NCBI GenBank assembly: GCA_018398765.1
Contig: JAHBMJ010000223.1
Span: 1 to 64,000 of the forward strand
Reading direction: 5' to 3'
Source of the DNA: Chromera velia
Taxonomy: Eukaryota
Length of the DNA stretch: 64,000 bases
Below are positions 47,253 to 60,796 of this stretch, piece after piece (position 1 is the stretch's first letter; the number at the start of each line of letters is the position of its first letter). The notes under the pieces were generated by a model that saw only the letters and a list, made by a program, of their open reading frames with translations, searched no databases and had not been told where the DNA came from. Both the position numbers and the translations under genes were made by a program.

Positions 47253-48002
47253 GCTCACTGCCTTCTGGCTTCGTACGATCGACTGCCGTAGTAGAGTTTT
47301 GTTCTCTTGTTGACAGTCACGTGTAGATGGTCAAGAGTTCCAGGTATACTGCAAGGGATTGTCGCCCGTTACAGAGTTCCATTCCCGTGACATTGCCTCG
47401 ACAATCGTGCGGATCATCTAGTATTGTTGGAGCTGCTTGTGCATATCAATGAAATCACCCCAAAGGCAGTGTAGGAAAAATTAATTTTCAGACACAACTG
47501 TCCAGTTCACTGCATGCATGGATCTGTCAATCAGTAAAATTCATGCTATACAACGTACTGCGCATCCCCTCAATTAATACAGTGAGCACAACTGTCCGGT
47601 TCACTGCATGCATGGATCTGTCAATCAGTAAAATTCATGCTATATACAACGTACTGCGCATGCATATATATATGCATATGCAATGATGCATCATGCATGC
47701 ATGCATGCATGGAATTTAAATTTAAGGGCAAAAATATGCATGAGCAATTAAGCATGTGCATGCAGCGTCCGCGTCGACACGTCGGACACGTTCAATGCAA
47801 GTTTCGCAAATTCTCTCTTCCATGATTCAGACCATTCAGACTTCTGTCCCGTGGCACGTTTGATCAGTGGTCTTGAGTCTGTGACTTTGATCTTTTCAAT
47901 CGAGTCTGCCCAAAGGGTTCTACTTCCTTGATTCCTTCTGTTTATACGTTTCAATATCTTATGCTTCGACGCGTCTGTAGCGGGAAGGAGATCATCCGAC
48001 CA

Positions 48003-50539
48003 TGCCCAAACGAGGTCCTCACGATCCGAAGTGTCACCTTCATCCCTATCCAAAACGGTCAGACGGCTCAGATTCATGGGTACCGTAGCTCATTTTGCAG
48101 GATAGACGGCTTGGATCGATCACCTTGCTTCAACTTTGGGTTTCCAACCCGGCCTGTAGCCCGACTTCCTGTGTCTAGAAGTAGAGCTCTCTGCCGCTTC
48201 TGCCATCCATTGAATTCCCGAAGCTGCCCAGTTACTTCTTTTGGCCAGGTGAAAATGGAACGATCCTGACCTTCGACCATGAAATGTACGATTCTGGACC
48301 TTCCTCTCCATCACTGAGCAGCGAGCCCAACTGAGACTTGACGAGCTTCGCTGTTGCATCATTGCCTTTCGCATTCTGAGACTTACTTGCCTCTCCGCCC
48401 AGTTGTGGGGCTTTCACCGAAAGTGTACGTGCATCGATCATCTTTCCGTTGTGTAGGAGTGCCGCCGCGGAGGTAGTCTTTGTTTGCTTTGGTCCCCTCT
48501 GTGATAGTGATGAGGAAGTCATCGTCGTTGGAGACTGCCAGGAACTGGGGAAGTGGGAGGTGGAACAAGGAGTGATATTGCGACGTGTCAGCTCTTCTGT
48601 GTGCCCTATCTTCATGTCCGACGTGGTTCCAGTAAAACAGGACGCTCAGGAAAAAACGCTGAGGACGTGGAAGTTTCGATTTGTTGTGGTTAGAGAACTG
48701 TTGGGAGGGGGTGGCGTCAAAATGCGAGTGCTGGAAGACAGGGGAAAGGTGGGAGAGCTCCGTGTAATCCATCTTTGCTCTGAGGAATTGTGGTGGGTCA
48801 GTGGAAAGTGGGGAGAAGACCATACAAGTTGTGTGAAGGCGGGATTCAGAGGTGAGAATGGTTGCGGTCCTGCACTCCCTCCCCTCTGTGAGCATGGGAA
48901 GGTGCGAGAGAGATGCCGGGAGTGCACAGGGTCGCGCTTCTGTGAGCATGGGAAGGTACAAGGGGGGTGCAGGGAGTGCATCGGGTCACGCTTCTGTGAG
49001 CATGGGAAGGTATAAGGGGGGTGCAGGGAGTGCATCGGGTCGCGCTTCTGTGAGCATGCATGGGAAGGTACGAGGGGGGTGCAGGGAGTGCATCGGGTCG
49101 CGCTTCTGTGAGCATGGGAAGGTACAAGGGGGGTGTAGGGAGTGCATCGGGTCGCGCTTCTGTGAGCATGCATGGGAAGGTACAAGGGGGGTGCAGGGAG
49201 TGCATCGGGTCGCGCTTCTGTGCGCATGGGAAGGTACAAGGGGGGTGCAGGGAGTGCATCGGGTCGCGCTTCTGTGAGCATGGGAAGGTATGGGAGAGGT
49301 GCAAGGATTGTGCACGCCCCTGTCTCGCTGTGGATCGGAAGGTGGGCGACAAGTGCGATGACTTTTCAGAGTCAAGCATATGTGAGCATGATCTGGACGG
49401 CACAGAATCTGACGACTCCGACATCAGTCGAAACGGGTGGTGGCATGACCCTTCCAAAGTCGCCCTTCCAAATTACCGGCTTGCCCAGGCCCTCTTCGGA
49501 AAGCAAGGAGGAAGGCGCGTCAGACCTCTGGACAGGAGAGCAGGCAACTATGGCCACCCTACACCCTCTCTCCAGGAGCATCGCGAGAGGAGAGGGTGGC
49601 TGCATGAAGGGGGGTACCTCAGGCATTACGGGAAAGGTCATGATGCATTTGACAGGCCTCCAGGTCCTGCGGCAGCGACCCATCCCAACATTCGCCCCCA
49701 CCCCACAACAGCAGCCACTCAGTCTGAGACTCCTGAAGGCGCATTGCCCCCCCACGCAGGTCCACCTCATGCCTACCCTCCTTATGTCGCACCCACACTG
49801 GCCCTACATGCCCGACCTTCACAAGCCTTCCCCCCCCACATGCGACCCCCACACGCCTTCCTCCCCCACATGCGACCGCCACAAGCCTTTGTCCCCAACA
49901 CGAGACCGCCACAAGAATTTCCCCCCCACATGCAACCGCCGCACAACTTGCCCCCACACGCGTTACCGCCAGAAGCTTTTGTTCCGTAGCCCGCACCCTC
50001 ACACACACCGCCACCAGGCTTTGCACTGCCGTCAGCCTCTGCAGCAGCCGCAGCACCAAGTCTACCAGCCCGGCGTTAGCAAGTCACTTCTGACCCACCC
50101 CACACTGAGGCTGTAGCAGTCACTGTGTCCTCATCTTCATCCTCATCCTCTTCTTCCTACGGCAGGACGTGCTGCACGCCTCATCGAGAGCATAGCACAG
50201 AAGAATCACAGGAGGCTCGATCTGAATGGGGAAACACAGATAATCATTCTTGCAGAACACCAGAGGCTGCGACAGATCGTCAACGGTCCTCAATTCATTG
50301 AGGGGCGCGTGCCTCGGAGACCGATGCAGAGGGGGGATGCCAACTGGTTGATTGATCAGCGAGGGGGCAGAGGGGCGAAGGTATTTCGCCTTCGCATCAC
50401 CTCTGTGTATTACTGGGATGAGAGCAGCTCCCGCAGGCCGCTACCGAATGTGGCCGATTTTTGCTTGAAGCGGCTCCAAAACCTGCGAGATGAATTGATT
50501 GCGAAGTTGATACAGATTTTCGACACAAGAGATGCTTGA
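48003..50539 (+). pseudogene. CBM20-like + CEHGK-CxxC zinc-ribbon repeat + Pro/His-rich protein, disabled
   Basis: VIVVGDCQELGKW...WKFRFVVV is CBM20-like. About 8 tandem 54-bp units encode CEHGKVQGGCRECIGSRF (48887-49310). Lesions: TAA at 49013, two CATG duplications (~49055, ~49167) and in-frame stops at 49987, 50077 and 50299. The 5' start is tentative. Confidence 0.72.
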
Positions 50540-50643
50540 GAAGGAGAAAGGAGAAGAGTGAAAGAGGAAACTTTAAGGAAGAAGCTTGAACGACTGCCTT
50601 TTGTTGTCTCGTTGATGGCCGTCAATAAGTCGTGGATCGGATC

Positions 50644-51530
50644 TGAATTCGTTCTTTTTTTGTCTATTCACTGTCCTCTCGCTCTCTCTTTCTCTCTCTC
50701 TCTCTCTCCCTCCCTATGTGGTTTGGACTGTCCCTGTGTAAAGAAAAAGGGGGTCCTTAGGGGGAAGAGGACGGTAGTTCTCTGTTCCCCCTATCCTTAG
50801 ATCTGGTTTGATGGTCGATTCGAGAATCACATAGAAGCGGGGGAGGCATTTGACTCGATCGGTCTTTTGACGAGATGAGAGATGAAAAAGATAATCATAG
50901 AGTGATTGTCTTCCAGTGATTATCCGAATTGAATTTCGTTCTCTTTTTGTCTGTTCACTGTCCTCTCGCTCTTTCTCTCTCTCTGCCTCTCCCTATGTGG
51001 TTTGGACTGTCCCTGTGTGAAGAAAAAGGGGGTCCTTGGGGGGAAGAGGACGGTGGTTCTCTGTTCCCCCTGTCCTTATACCTGGTTTGATGGTCGATTC
51101 GAGAATCACATAGAAGCGGGGGAGGCATTTGACTCGATCGGTCTTTTGACGAGATGGGAGATGAAGAAGAGAATTATAGAGTGATTGTCTTCCAGTGATT
51201 ATCCGAATTGAATTTCGTTCTCTTTTTGTCTGTTCACTGTCCTCTCGCTCTTTCTCTCTCTCTCCTCCTCCCTATGTGGTTTGGACTGTCCTTGTGTAAA
51301 GAAAAAGGAGGTCCTTGGGGGGAACTTCCCCCCGAGGAAGAGGACGGTGGTTCTCTATTCCCCCTGTCCTTAGATCTGGTTTGATGGTCGATTCGAGAAT
51401 CATATAGAAGCGGGGGAGGCATTTGACTCGATTGGTCTTTTAACGAGATGGGAGATGAAGAAGATAATCATAGAGTGATTGTCTTCCAGTGATTATCTGA
51501 ATTCGTTCTCTTTTTGTTTGTTCACTGTCT
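50644..51530. repeat. ~285-bp tandem repeat, 3 copies
   Basis: Unit gaattcgttctttttttgtct...gaggcatttgactcgatcggtctttt...ttccagtgattatc, starting at ~50644, ~50930 and ~51210. Confidence 0.92.
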
Positions 51531-52099
51531 CTCTTTTTCTCTCTCCCCCCCTCTCTCTCTCTATGTATGTATATACATGTGCATATGCATTTATATGTGT
51601 GTTTCCGTGTGCGTGTATGAGTGTATGAGTGTCGACGTTGGGGGCATGCATGGGTACATGTCTGACGTTGTGCGTGTGTGCGGGGAGCATGTGTTTTTGT
51701 GTCTTTGTCTGTCAGTTTTTTTTTTTTTGTTGTTTCTGTTTATCTTTAATTCTGTCTGTCACTCAATCCATGTATTGATTGACAACCGTTTTTTCATGTT
51801 CGTCTTCAGGTCAACAAACTTGAATGTATCTTTTTTTTTGGTGTTGCAGCTGCGCAACTCCTTGCTTCATTTTTTTTTTATCCCCTCCTAACACTCCTTT
51901 GGATTTAAAAATAGACTCCATTTTTCTCAGTTATCAGCTCCGTCATTTGTCTGTTCCTGGATCGAGATGTGTTTGAGTGTGCAATCAACCTGAATTACCT
52001 GATAATATATCAGTTACAACACTGTATATAAAAAAGGTATATATATGTGACTTGCCACACGCTAGACGCCTATTATAGGCCGATAGCGATGGCGTATGA

Positions 52100-52217
52100 T
52101 GATATATATATATATATATACATATGTGTGTGTATACCAGTGTGTATGTATGTGTGTGTGTGTGTGTATGTGTGTGTGTGTGTGTGTGTATGTTTATTTG
52201 TGTTTATGTGTGTTTAT

Positions 52218-52260
<43 letters not shown>

Positions 52261-52368
52261 TGTGTTTATGTATATATGTGTGTGTGTGTGTGTATGTATG
52301 TGTGTGTGTGTGTGTGTATGTGTGTGTATGTGTGTGTGTGTGTGTGTGTGTATCTAAGTATATGTGTA

Positions 52369-52399
<31 letters not shown>

Positions 52400-52419
52400 G
52401 TGTGTGTGCATGTGTGTGC

Positions 52420-52452
<33 letters not shown>
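52100..52452. repeat. (TA)n/(TG)n microsatellite
   Basis: Imperfect TG run of about 330 bp. Confidence 0.95.
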
Positions 52453-52453
<1 letters not shown>

Positions 52454-55400
52454 CTGGCTGGATCTAGGGCTGGATTGTGAAACTTATAGGTGCAGTCAGT
52501 GGTACTAACTAGATCTAAGTTTTCACAATCTTTAGATCACCTTTAAATACGTTTTTTTTTAGAGGCTGTGTTAAAAAAATAAAAGAAAAACGCCAATTTG
52601 TTTAAGCATTAAAACCTAGACTAAAACTATAGCAGTAAAAACTTTTTCCTGAAAAAACATATGTATAAAAAGTGGAAATGCAGTATCAAAAACTGTAAGT
52701 TTGCACTAATTAAAGATGGACCTGTTTTTGAACCTGATTCAGGTTCATTACTTCGAAGTGAACTTTAAACCTTTCCCTATAACACTAAAAGTCTTTAATC
52801 AACTTTGAATGCAAACCAATGGTCACGGTCTTTATAAAGAAAACTTACATGGAAAGTAGCATGATTAATGATGATGATTTACTGATCTAAAAATTAAAAG
52901 TCAAATTACAATTTAAGGATTTTAGCATGTATGCATGTCACAATCGAAGTTCAGCGCAATCATTTTGTTCACAACGCATTACACACTCATGAACTTTTAC
53001 ATGAAGGCTCCTGTGCCCTAGCCTGTGCCAATATACTACGATCAGTTTCATTGATTCAATTAGAGGCCGGGGCACTTTGGCTCACTGAAACATCATTCAT
53101 TGCACTTGGTTGACCAATCCAAAGAACATTTTCTTGACTGCATGAATACATGCATGATACAGTGTGTCGCCAACAGGAATCTGCAAAACCCAATCAGACA
53201 TTCAGTCACCGTCATGCAAGGAGGCGACCATAGATGCCAGCACATGCCCGAGCTAGACCATGCGGTGTCAGTGCAAGCCAGTCAGCCAGCCAGAGTGGCC
53301 CAAAAGAAAAAGAATTAGGAAAGACTAGCTGGATCGATGGGTGCATGCACGTCAATTAAGGACACGCACGCATGCATGCACCAAGACTGCCAGGCCGAAG
53401 AGGGGCAGCAATTTCATCGGCAACTGAGCATGCACGCACGAACATGAACGCACGCATGCGTTTCTCATGCACTTCTCTTTTATCATGTAGGAGGCACCCT
53501 TTTGCAAGTTTTCTCGCTGCAAGCTCTTCCTTCGTGCGACAAAATCCGCAAAGACTGACAGATAGACAGACACCACTCTTCACCGCGGCCATTCAAGGCC
53601 TTCAAGGCTGGCTTGCATGACTGCACACAGAACGGAGGAGGCTTCCTTTTGCTTTCCTCCCATCCTCGTACCGCCTTGCAATCCCCTCTCTCTTCCGATC
53701 GAGAAGACCGTCTCGCTCGTTCTCGTCCCGTTCCAACAGCTTTCTCCTCTCTGTCTGCACCCTCTTCTCCTCCTTTGCCTGTCCGTCAAAAAATTCAATC
53801 AGCAACGATCTGCAGTGGAAAGAATTGCTGAACGAAAAATACGCTCTCAGACCGAGACAAGAATGAGCAGACACGCATACATGCACATTGAATTCTTCCT
53901 CAATTCACCTAAGTTCATTCCTTCGATCAGTCACTGCCTCCCTCCCTCCCTGCCTCCATGCATGCGAGCACCGTTCCGATCGGCCCATCCTGCCAGGCAG
54001 AGAGCTCTGGTGAGGAGAAAAGAGGAAAGAGGGAAGTCCGTCCCCCACCTGCCGCCCCTCACACCGTTTGTTTGAACAGAACAGAACAAATTTGAGAGAA
54101 AGAAAGAAGGAAAGAAAGAAAGAAAGAAAGAAAGAAAGAAGGAAAGAACGTGCGCCCAATGAAAAGACTGCGCATGCACCCACGAGGCAGGGCAGCCTGG
54201 GCAGTGCAAGCAAGGGAAAAGAGAGAAAGGAAAGAAAAGAAATGGAGAAAGAACACGGCGGACCGACCTCTCTGAGTCTCCCTCCTCAACATTTCGTCTC
54301 CCTCCCTCCCCGGGCCTCCTCTTATCCATCCTGCCCTTCTGAAATCATCTCACTTTCCCTTAATTCCTTTGTTTCCCTTTGATTCTTCTCCCTCCCTCTC
54401 TCTCTCTCTCTCTCTCTCGATGGATCGATCGATCCTCTCCCTGCCTTCCTGCCTGCCTGGCTGCACACCCACCGACCTGAACTTTCGAGAGGAAAGGCTC
54501 TGCAGAGCTCCCTCAGCCCGCACGAAGCATCCATCCTCTTCTTCCTTCCTTCCTTCCTTCCTTCCTTCCTTCCTTCTCCTTCTTTCCACCCCCGTCGCAG
54601 TAAGGCAGGCATGCCGGCGGCTTGGCGGATGCATCATGCATGCCCGCACGTTGGATTCATCCATCCATCCATCCATCCAGTCAGTGGTTCAACTTATTCG
54701 TTGTCGCGAGGGGAAAGGGAGGCATGATGCAAACTTTGCATTACAGATTACATGCAGACATGCGACTGACTTGACGCACGCAAGGACGCATCAAGAAAAA
54801 ATAAAAGCAGACATGCAACTGAATTAATTGCCCAGAAAAGGAGGGAAGAAAACGACACCGTCCCTTCCTTCCAGACACGGATGCAGTAAGGGAGCGTGGA
54901 AAGAGAGGCGGGGAGAGAAAAAGAGGCTAAAGAGAGTGAGTTTTCTGTGCTTTTTCTCCAAAGGAATTGACACTCTCTCTCTCGAGAGAGAGGGGTCGAA
55001 AGATCGGGACGCTGCGCGGCAGAACATCCCTTCCTCCCTCTGTGACCCGTTCTTCGCTTTTTTTTTTCGTTTCTCGTTGCTGTCTCTCTGAGCCTGCAGG
55101 AATCAATGCACTCACCCAATTCGGCTGGTCTCTCTTTTCGTGACACGGCTTCCGTCCATCCCTTTTGGTTCCAAACGTTTGCCCTCACCTGTGTTTTCTT
55201 CTTACTTTCCCATTCAACCACCCTCCCACCCACCACAACTTTCCCATCGTTGTCACAATCTGCGTCCCTCCGTCTTCTTCTGCTTGCTTGCCATCGCGTG
55301 TCGGGTACAACCGTCAGAAAGTCGAATGACGAGATGTTGATGGAGTCCATCACTCTCACTTTCTTTTTTTTGTTGTCAGCAAAGCAGCACGACAAAAATC

Positions 55401-58400
55401 ACTCGCCCCCCCTACCGTACCCCCACACACAGTCACAAGCGGACAAGAAAAAGGAAGAGACACGAGGGACAGGCTACTCGTCACACAACGCTCTGGATAC
55501 ATGCAGACAAATGAACGCTAAGAGGGAGAGAGAGAGAGAAAGAGAGAGTGATGAATTGACAAAAAAAGATTTCTTTGCTGATTGTTTGCGCCCGACATAC
55601 AGCAGAATTTCGCAACGGCACAGAACAAACGAAAAGAGCAAGCACGTGACTCCCCTCCTTTCTGTCTGTCTGTCTGTCTGGAGGCACCTACCATAAAAGG
55701 CAGAGAGAGAGAGCGCGCGCGAGGGTGAGTCTGCATGAACCCGTTCTACTGCCCTTCCACCCCCCCCCCCCACTACAGCAAGCAAAGAAGGAAGCAACCA
55801 ACCAGATGGAGGGAGTCTCTCTGCCAGGCGGGCAGGAAGAGAAAGAATGCTCCGGTCTTGCATGCACACACGAGGGTCTTTCTTTCTTTCTTTCACCTGT
55901 CCACGTCTTTGTGGATAGATGGATGGAGTGCCGATCTTGCATGAGGCAGGCAGGCAGACAGGCACAGTTATCGAGAAGAACAAGTCAAACGATCATACTG
56001 ATCGATGCACGTGTAGTGACGGGGAGACTTAAATAAACGCTGCGCCAGACAAACTGACGTTCAGACAGACAGACAGACAGACAGACAGCAAGAACGATCG
56101 AATGCTCTCGAGAACGCAGATTTTTTCCAATCTCACCCCCCCCTCTCTTTCGCTCCTGAGTTTCCTTCCCTTTTCCCTCACTCACCCACCCACTGCCCCA
56201 ATCCCCCCCGCCCCTCTCTCACTGTGCTTGCCCGAATGCATATGACCAAATTCACAAAAGAAGGAAGGAAGGAAGCATCAAGGGACAAAACCAATCGGAG
56301 GCCCTGCACTGCAGCAAAACGGTGCATGCACTTCCAGCACAACCAAACCAAACCAGCCAACAAAACCAAACCAAACCAAGACCGTCAATCGGATAAGAGA
56401 AAGAGAGAAGAAATCGAAACAAGGCACTGGCTAGCATCTAGAGAAGCAAACAGAACAGAACAGAAGAAAAGAGAACAAAGGAAGGACCGGATGTGCACGC
56501 CCAGAGGAAGAGGAAAAAGGAGAAAGGGCAGAAGAAGAAAAAGAGAACAAAGGAAGGACCAGATGTGAAAAAGGAGAAAGGGCAGAACGAACCAAACAAC
56601 CAATTAAGCAAGCAATGGAGAAAGGAAGGAAGGAAGAAAGGAAGGCGACAACCGCACATCATCCACCCAGCTACAGGGGATCGATCAGTCAGTCGGTCGG
56701 TCGGTCAGTTCCGCCAGACCAGTCAGACACATGCAGGAAGTAAGCAGACAGACAGGCAGACAGACAGGCAGGGAGGGGGGCAGGCGGAAGGGGCCGTGTC
56801 GGCACATCGAAGGAGGGAAGGAGGGTATCCTTCTTTTTTGCAGTGTCTGTTTGTTTGCCGCAGGTGGTGTCGGCACTTACTCACTCTCTCACGCACTCAC
56901 TCACGACTGTATTCCATGTGCTGTTTTGTTTATGTACATATCGATATATATGGATTCTCTTGTTCGGGTTTCTTGCCCGACGGTGGTGCTTTTTTTTCTT
57001 TTGAAACAGACAGACAGACAGAAAGACAGAAAGACACCCTTAAAGGCAGCGCATCCATTGGCATGAAGGAAGGAAGCTAACGATCCATTCTCCTCCTCAA
57101 CGATCGATCTATCCTCTGAGTGAATTTCTTCAAATCCTGCCTGCCCGCCTGCCCCCATTCTGACCCATACTGCAGGCAGGCAGGCAGGCTACCCCCCACA
57201 AAGATAAAGGAAGAGGCTATTTCTGGCGGTGAAGTGGCGTCATGACCCGGCTTCTCCTCTCCTCTCTATGCCCCCTTCGGTCATTCTTTCATGCATTTAA
57301 TCCACGGTCTCTCTGTCTGTCTGTCTGACGGAGAAGGTGACTGGCTGGCAAATGAAAGATCTTTGTGGCGAATTAATTTGTAAATTGATTCTGTTTGTTC
57401 CTTTCACGCCCCTTCCACGCATTTGCACCATGAATCTTCTTGCTTTTTCTTGCAACCAAGAAGTGTACATAAAATATGGACTCAAATGACACACCCACTC
57501 ATCCATCTATCCAGCCATCCATCCACTAATTAATTCGTCAATCCATGCATCCATTCTTCCTGTGTGCGAGGCAACATACAGCGAGCGCGTTGCATGGATT
57601 TGCTTTCTTCTCTCTCTTTTGCCTTACGACGCCAATCCACTCATTCTCTTTTTCCCAACGACGACCTTCAGACAGGCAGGCAGGCAGGCAGGGCAGGGTA
57701 GACACCCTCTTTGTTGCCAAAAGTCTTTTCTTTCTTTGTTCACTTTTCTCTCATGCCCCCCTCATGCTTCCGGCATCTGCTGCCACCTGACTGACAGGCA
57801 GGCAGACAGAGAGACAGGCATGGAAGGAAGGAGGAAGAGAGTGCTCTCAGATAAGCAAACTTTCTCTCCCGCTTCGTCGACATGTAGAGAGAAAGAGAGA
57901 GAGAGAGATGCAGAGAGGGCGATAGACGAAACGAAAAAGAAAACTCTAACAGCTGGGGGAGAAAGGAAGAGACAGTCGTAGGAACAAAGGAAAAAGAAAA
58001 ACGCGGGCAGGAAACGAAAATTGACAACAAAGATGGAGGAATCACAGTCGAACGAGCGAGCGAGCGAGGAAACGGAAAAGAAAAAGACAGAAAGAAGGTC
58101 CCCCCTCCTCCGCTTTTCATTCCATTCCATTCCCTTCCGGTTCCTCTCGTCCATCTCCTCCCCTTCCCTTCCCTTTCTTCAGTTTCTTGTTTTTTCCTTT
58201 CCTTTCTTTTTGCACTCTGCTGTCCAGCTTCCCTCTCTCCCCCTTCCTCCTGCTTCCACTAAAAAAGAGACGAACAAGGCAACACACGTTCCTTTGACTG
58301 CAGCGGATTGTTAAGAATCACGGCCGTACTGGAGCCAAGCAAAAGGAAAACAGACAGACACAACAAGTCAATTCAAACGAAAAAGACGGAAATGCCTGCG

Positions 58401-58771
58401 CACTGCATACACACATTTGCAGTGGAAAGAATGGAAGGAATTCTGTGCGGAGGGAGGGAGGGAGGAGGTGAGCAGTACGTCTGGGCTGACAACAACATTA
58501 GATTGAGCTCAGAACACACTCTCGCTCTCTCACGCAACCTGCCTCCTTTCGATACCGTCCTCAGCAGGTGTCTCTCTTTCTTCTCTTCAAGTCTCTCCCT
58601 CCCTCCCTCCCTCCCGCCGTTTTGTTCTCTGGAATTTTCTTTTATCTCTCTAATGTCTTCGTCCCCTCTCTACTCCTCTCTCTCTCTCTTTCTCTTTCTC
58701 TCTCTCTCGAACGCAGTCAAACAGACAACGAGACAAGGACGTACAGAGAGACACAAACAAACAGAGAGCAG

Positions 58772-60025
58772 CTAGCGTCCATGGCGACTACCATGCCTAC
58801 TCCTCCCCCCCCATCTGCTTCTTCCCCGTCTCCTCCTCCATCTCCTGCTGCCATGCCTTCTCCTTCCCCCGTGTCGTCTCCACCATCTGTCCCGGCTGTG
58901 CCCCCCAGGCACTGCCCATACATGCCCCCCGTATGTGTAACCGGGGGAGGGGGGCACGGGTCCCGGCGGAGGCATGTAACCGCCGAACCCTATAGCAGTG
59001 CTAGCTCTCCCCCCTCCCCCTACCCCAAAAGTTGGCACCGGCTCTACTGGTGGCGGCGCAAATCCCACCGCCCAGTGTATACAATAAGGCGGCGACAACG
59101 GCCGTTCGCAGTATCTCATGCTGCAGACAGTGAAACTCCCATCTGCCCGACAACCGCAAATGTTGCATCCATCAAAAAACCGAAGGCATCCTTTCGGACA
59201 TGAAAGCTCTCCCATCATCCCCCACCCTCCTTGCGGCTTCATTTCATTCTTCTCCTCTGCTTCAGATACTGCTCCTTCTTTACTCTCTCTGTGCTGCAGC
59301 TCTCGCCTTAGCACATCTACAGATGGAGACGAGTCTGTCTCCAACCCCCCTTCTTGCCGCTCCCCCCCTGCCTCAACATCCGAAAGCTTTTCCTCAGCAA
59401 CAGAAGAGGAGGAAGCAGAAGTGTGTAGAAGGGGAAGAGGAGAAGAGCGCGAGGCTGCAGCTGCAGAGCTCTCCGCTGTCTCCCTCTGCATTTCTCGAGA
59501 CAGATCTGACGAACGAGGACCAAGCAGAGTCGGAGAGACAGAAGCCTCTACAGATGGTTCTGTATCTGCGTCAGACAGGACAGCACCAGGCGGAGAAGAC
59601 GGAGAAGGCTTTGCAGATGCAAAAGACGACGCCGATGTGTTCGCCGTCTCTGCAACGGAAACGGAAGGGGAAACGTCGTGGTGCCCCCGCAGGTATTCCT
59701 CTCCCTCTCTCGGCCTGTCTGTGCCGTGGCCTTCCTGCAGTACCCCACTGTCGCCACCTTGTGTCTGAGGAGAGGGAAGCACCTGCATGCAGCCATGCAC
59801 ACAAAAACAACAGCAAGACTTTTTAAAAAACGCCTCAATCCTCGCTTCTCTCCATGGCAAACATTCGACAGGCCGATTGTTGTTTTTCTTTCCATGTTGC
59901 TCAGGCAGATATGCAGGATGGTTGTTGCACTGACCAGCTTCTACTTCTGTCCGCGCGTAAAGACGGAAAGACAGGAACGCGCGCCCGCGGACGCACGCAC
60001 GCACGCACATACACACACACAAACA

Positions 60026-60061
<36 letters not shown>

Positions 60062-60796
60062 CGATCCTAAAGACACCGCCATGCCGACCAGTGGGTCCAA
60101 CTCAGATCTCCTCTGACTGCGGTCTGTAGAGTCAAAACATTTTCTTTTCCATTCAAGGTCATCGTTTCTCTGTGTTTAGGCAAGGTCATCGTTTCTCTGT
60201 GTTTAGGGGTACGACCAATTAGGCAGTCGTTCATTTCAAGTTGCCTGTCTGGTTGGTTCTGTACATGCACACTTTGCTGTCTTTTCAGAGAGCTTCTGAT
60301 TGCCACTGTCTCTGTTTTCGTTCTCCGTTCCCTCAAGACTGATGAACGGATAAACGGGGCGACTGACCGGCCAATTGGCAGATCCGGTCTGGTTCCTGAC
60401 GGCTGTCCCATTCACACGATCTGCCAACGTCGTCAACAGCAGAAGTGTCCCGGCATCCTCTGCAGACGCCAGTGCAGACGCAACGGGCGAAGCAGAGGAA
60501 GCGGAAGAGGAGAGGGAAACCGAGGAGGGGGGAGGGGGGGAGGAGAGAAACCCGCGCGCGTCACCCGCACCCAGGCTCTCAGGAGGCACCACAGGAGAGC
60601 TGGTGGCCGAGGCCGAAGTCGCGCGCTCCCCCTCTCTCTCTGACACAGCCATTGACGTTGCAGCCTCAACTTCGGAAAGGGGGGCAGAGAAGGAGAGGGG
60701 CAAGGGGTCGTCGGTGGAGGAGACGAAGGGTCGCTGTGTGAGCATCCCGAGAAGGGAGAGAGAGAGGGTCAGCAAGCCGCTCGTTAGAGCCCTCAT
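58772..60796 (-). CDS. Putative secreted protein with a DGCN cysteine module and Arg/Gly/His-rich tail; ~3 exons
   Basis: N-terminal signal-like MRALTSGLLTLSLSLLGML, Ser/Glu-rich spacer, CPKGCLRFFDGCNICGCRADGSFTVCSMRYC...C, and tail RRHGGRRRHGSRRWRRRRGRSRW. Confidence 0.7.

Noticed and set aside
50309..50539. AP2-like DNA-binding domain at the end of the pseudogene
   Set aside because: Only vague similarity (W, G..KVF, terminal helix); cannot be supported without an HMM.
50644..51530. Possible CRISPR array (also the 43-bp repeats at 23960 and the 54-bp repeats at 48887)
   Set aside because: Contiguous tandem units without unique spacers, no cas genes, eukaryotic context.
53480..58700. Numerous short ORFs
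   Set aside because: Low-complexity, microsatellite-rich, with no recognisable motifs or consistent exon chain; probably UTR, intron or intergenic.
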